Source: Eledone cirrhosa
Lineage: Eukaryota
Direction: 5' to 3'
Length of the DNA stretch: 64,000 nucleotides
Assembly: GCA_964016885.1 (NCBI GenBank)
Contig: OZ024741.1
Span: 224,192,001-224,256,000 of the forward strand
Below, piece after piece: positions 63,525-64,000 of the stretch. Under the pieces are notes generated by a model. That model worked only from the letters and a program-made list of their open reading frames with translations. It was not told the origin of the DNA and searched no databases. A program made the position numbers and the translations under genes. Each line of letters opens with the position of its first letter. Within the stretch, counting starts at the first letter, position 1.

Positions 63525-64000
63525 TGCTTTCTTGGCAAATGGCACCTCTGAGTGAGTTTCAGTATATGAACCACATAGGTCCTGCTTTCATTAAAAGCCA
63601 TGTGAAATGGGGCAAAGAGGAGGATCCTAGTTGCTCTCTGTGCAAGGATAAATTACAATCAGTGGAGCACGTCCTACATTCATGTAAAGTAGCTCCTGCC
63701 AATGGCAGGTACATGTGTAGGCACAAGAAAGTGCTAGAAGAGTTGACTTGGTCAATCTGGCACAAGATGCAACCTGAAACCACTAAGACAGCCCTAATAT
63801 TCGTAACAGAAGGCAATGAGGGAGCATTGAGGTGGATCCAAAAAGATACTATGGCATTAAGCAGAACCTACTTGGAATAGAAGGGGATTGGGCAATATCT
63901 GTCAATCTCCCATATTGGTGTAAGAATTATCCCGAATTCACCAAGAAAGGCCAAAGACCAAATGTTGTCTTGTCAGAAAGAAGCAGGCGTCAAAGTAATC
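63525..64000 (+). mobile_element. RLE-type non-LTR retrotransposon (Hero/NeSL/R4-like) C-terminal fragment
   Basis: WG..EDPSCSLC......VEHVLHSC.VA...GRY..RH..VL CCHC knuckle, followed after a stop by W.ISVNL....YP......RPNVVL (PD-type endonuclease motif). Confidence 0.75.

Overview
AT-rich, repeat-dense animal genomic DNA. The SINE/RTE repertoire and microsatellite load look cephalopod-like (octopus; this is an inference). The left ~33 kb is intergenic and filled with RTE-clade LINE fragments that carry a PHD-type finger inside the RT region, tRNA-derived SINEs, MITEs, minisatellites and (TA)n/(CA)n/(TATG)n microsatellites. From ~34.4 kb the + strand carries the 5' part of an ARID1/osa-like SWI/SNF subunit gene: coding exons 35777-36550, 44513-44686 and 48675-49031, all with phase-0 GT-AG junctions, plus a candidate 63-nt cassette exon at 45262-45324. 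Its downstream intron holds CR1, Helitron, RTE and RLE-type LINE relics. The most striking signal is a swarm of short non-coding elements inserted in (TA)n microsatellites. They carry minimal type-I hammerhead ribozymes from at least six unrelated sequence families, nearly all with self-complementary stem III and several with non-canonical cores (U3-A8, CUGAAUGA, extra A). Several form head-to-head palindromes with a ribozyme on each strand. A decayed Penelope-like RT ORF (23.6-24.4 kb) points to Penelope-like pseudo-LTRs or retrozyme-like elements as their origin. All calls are by eye; no searches or folding programs were run.
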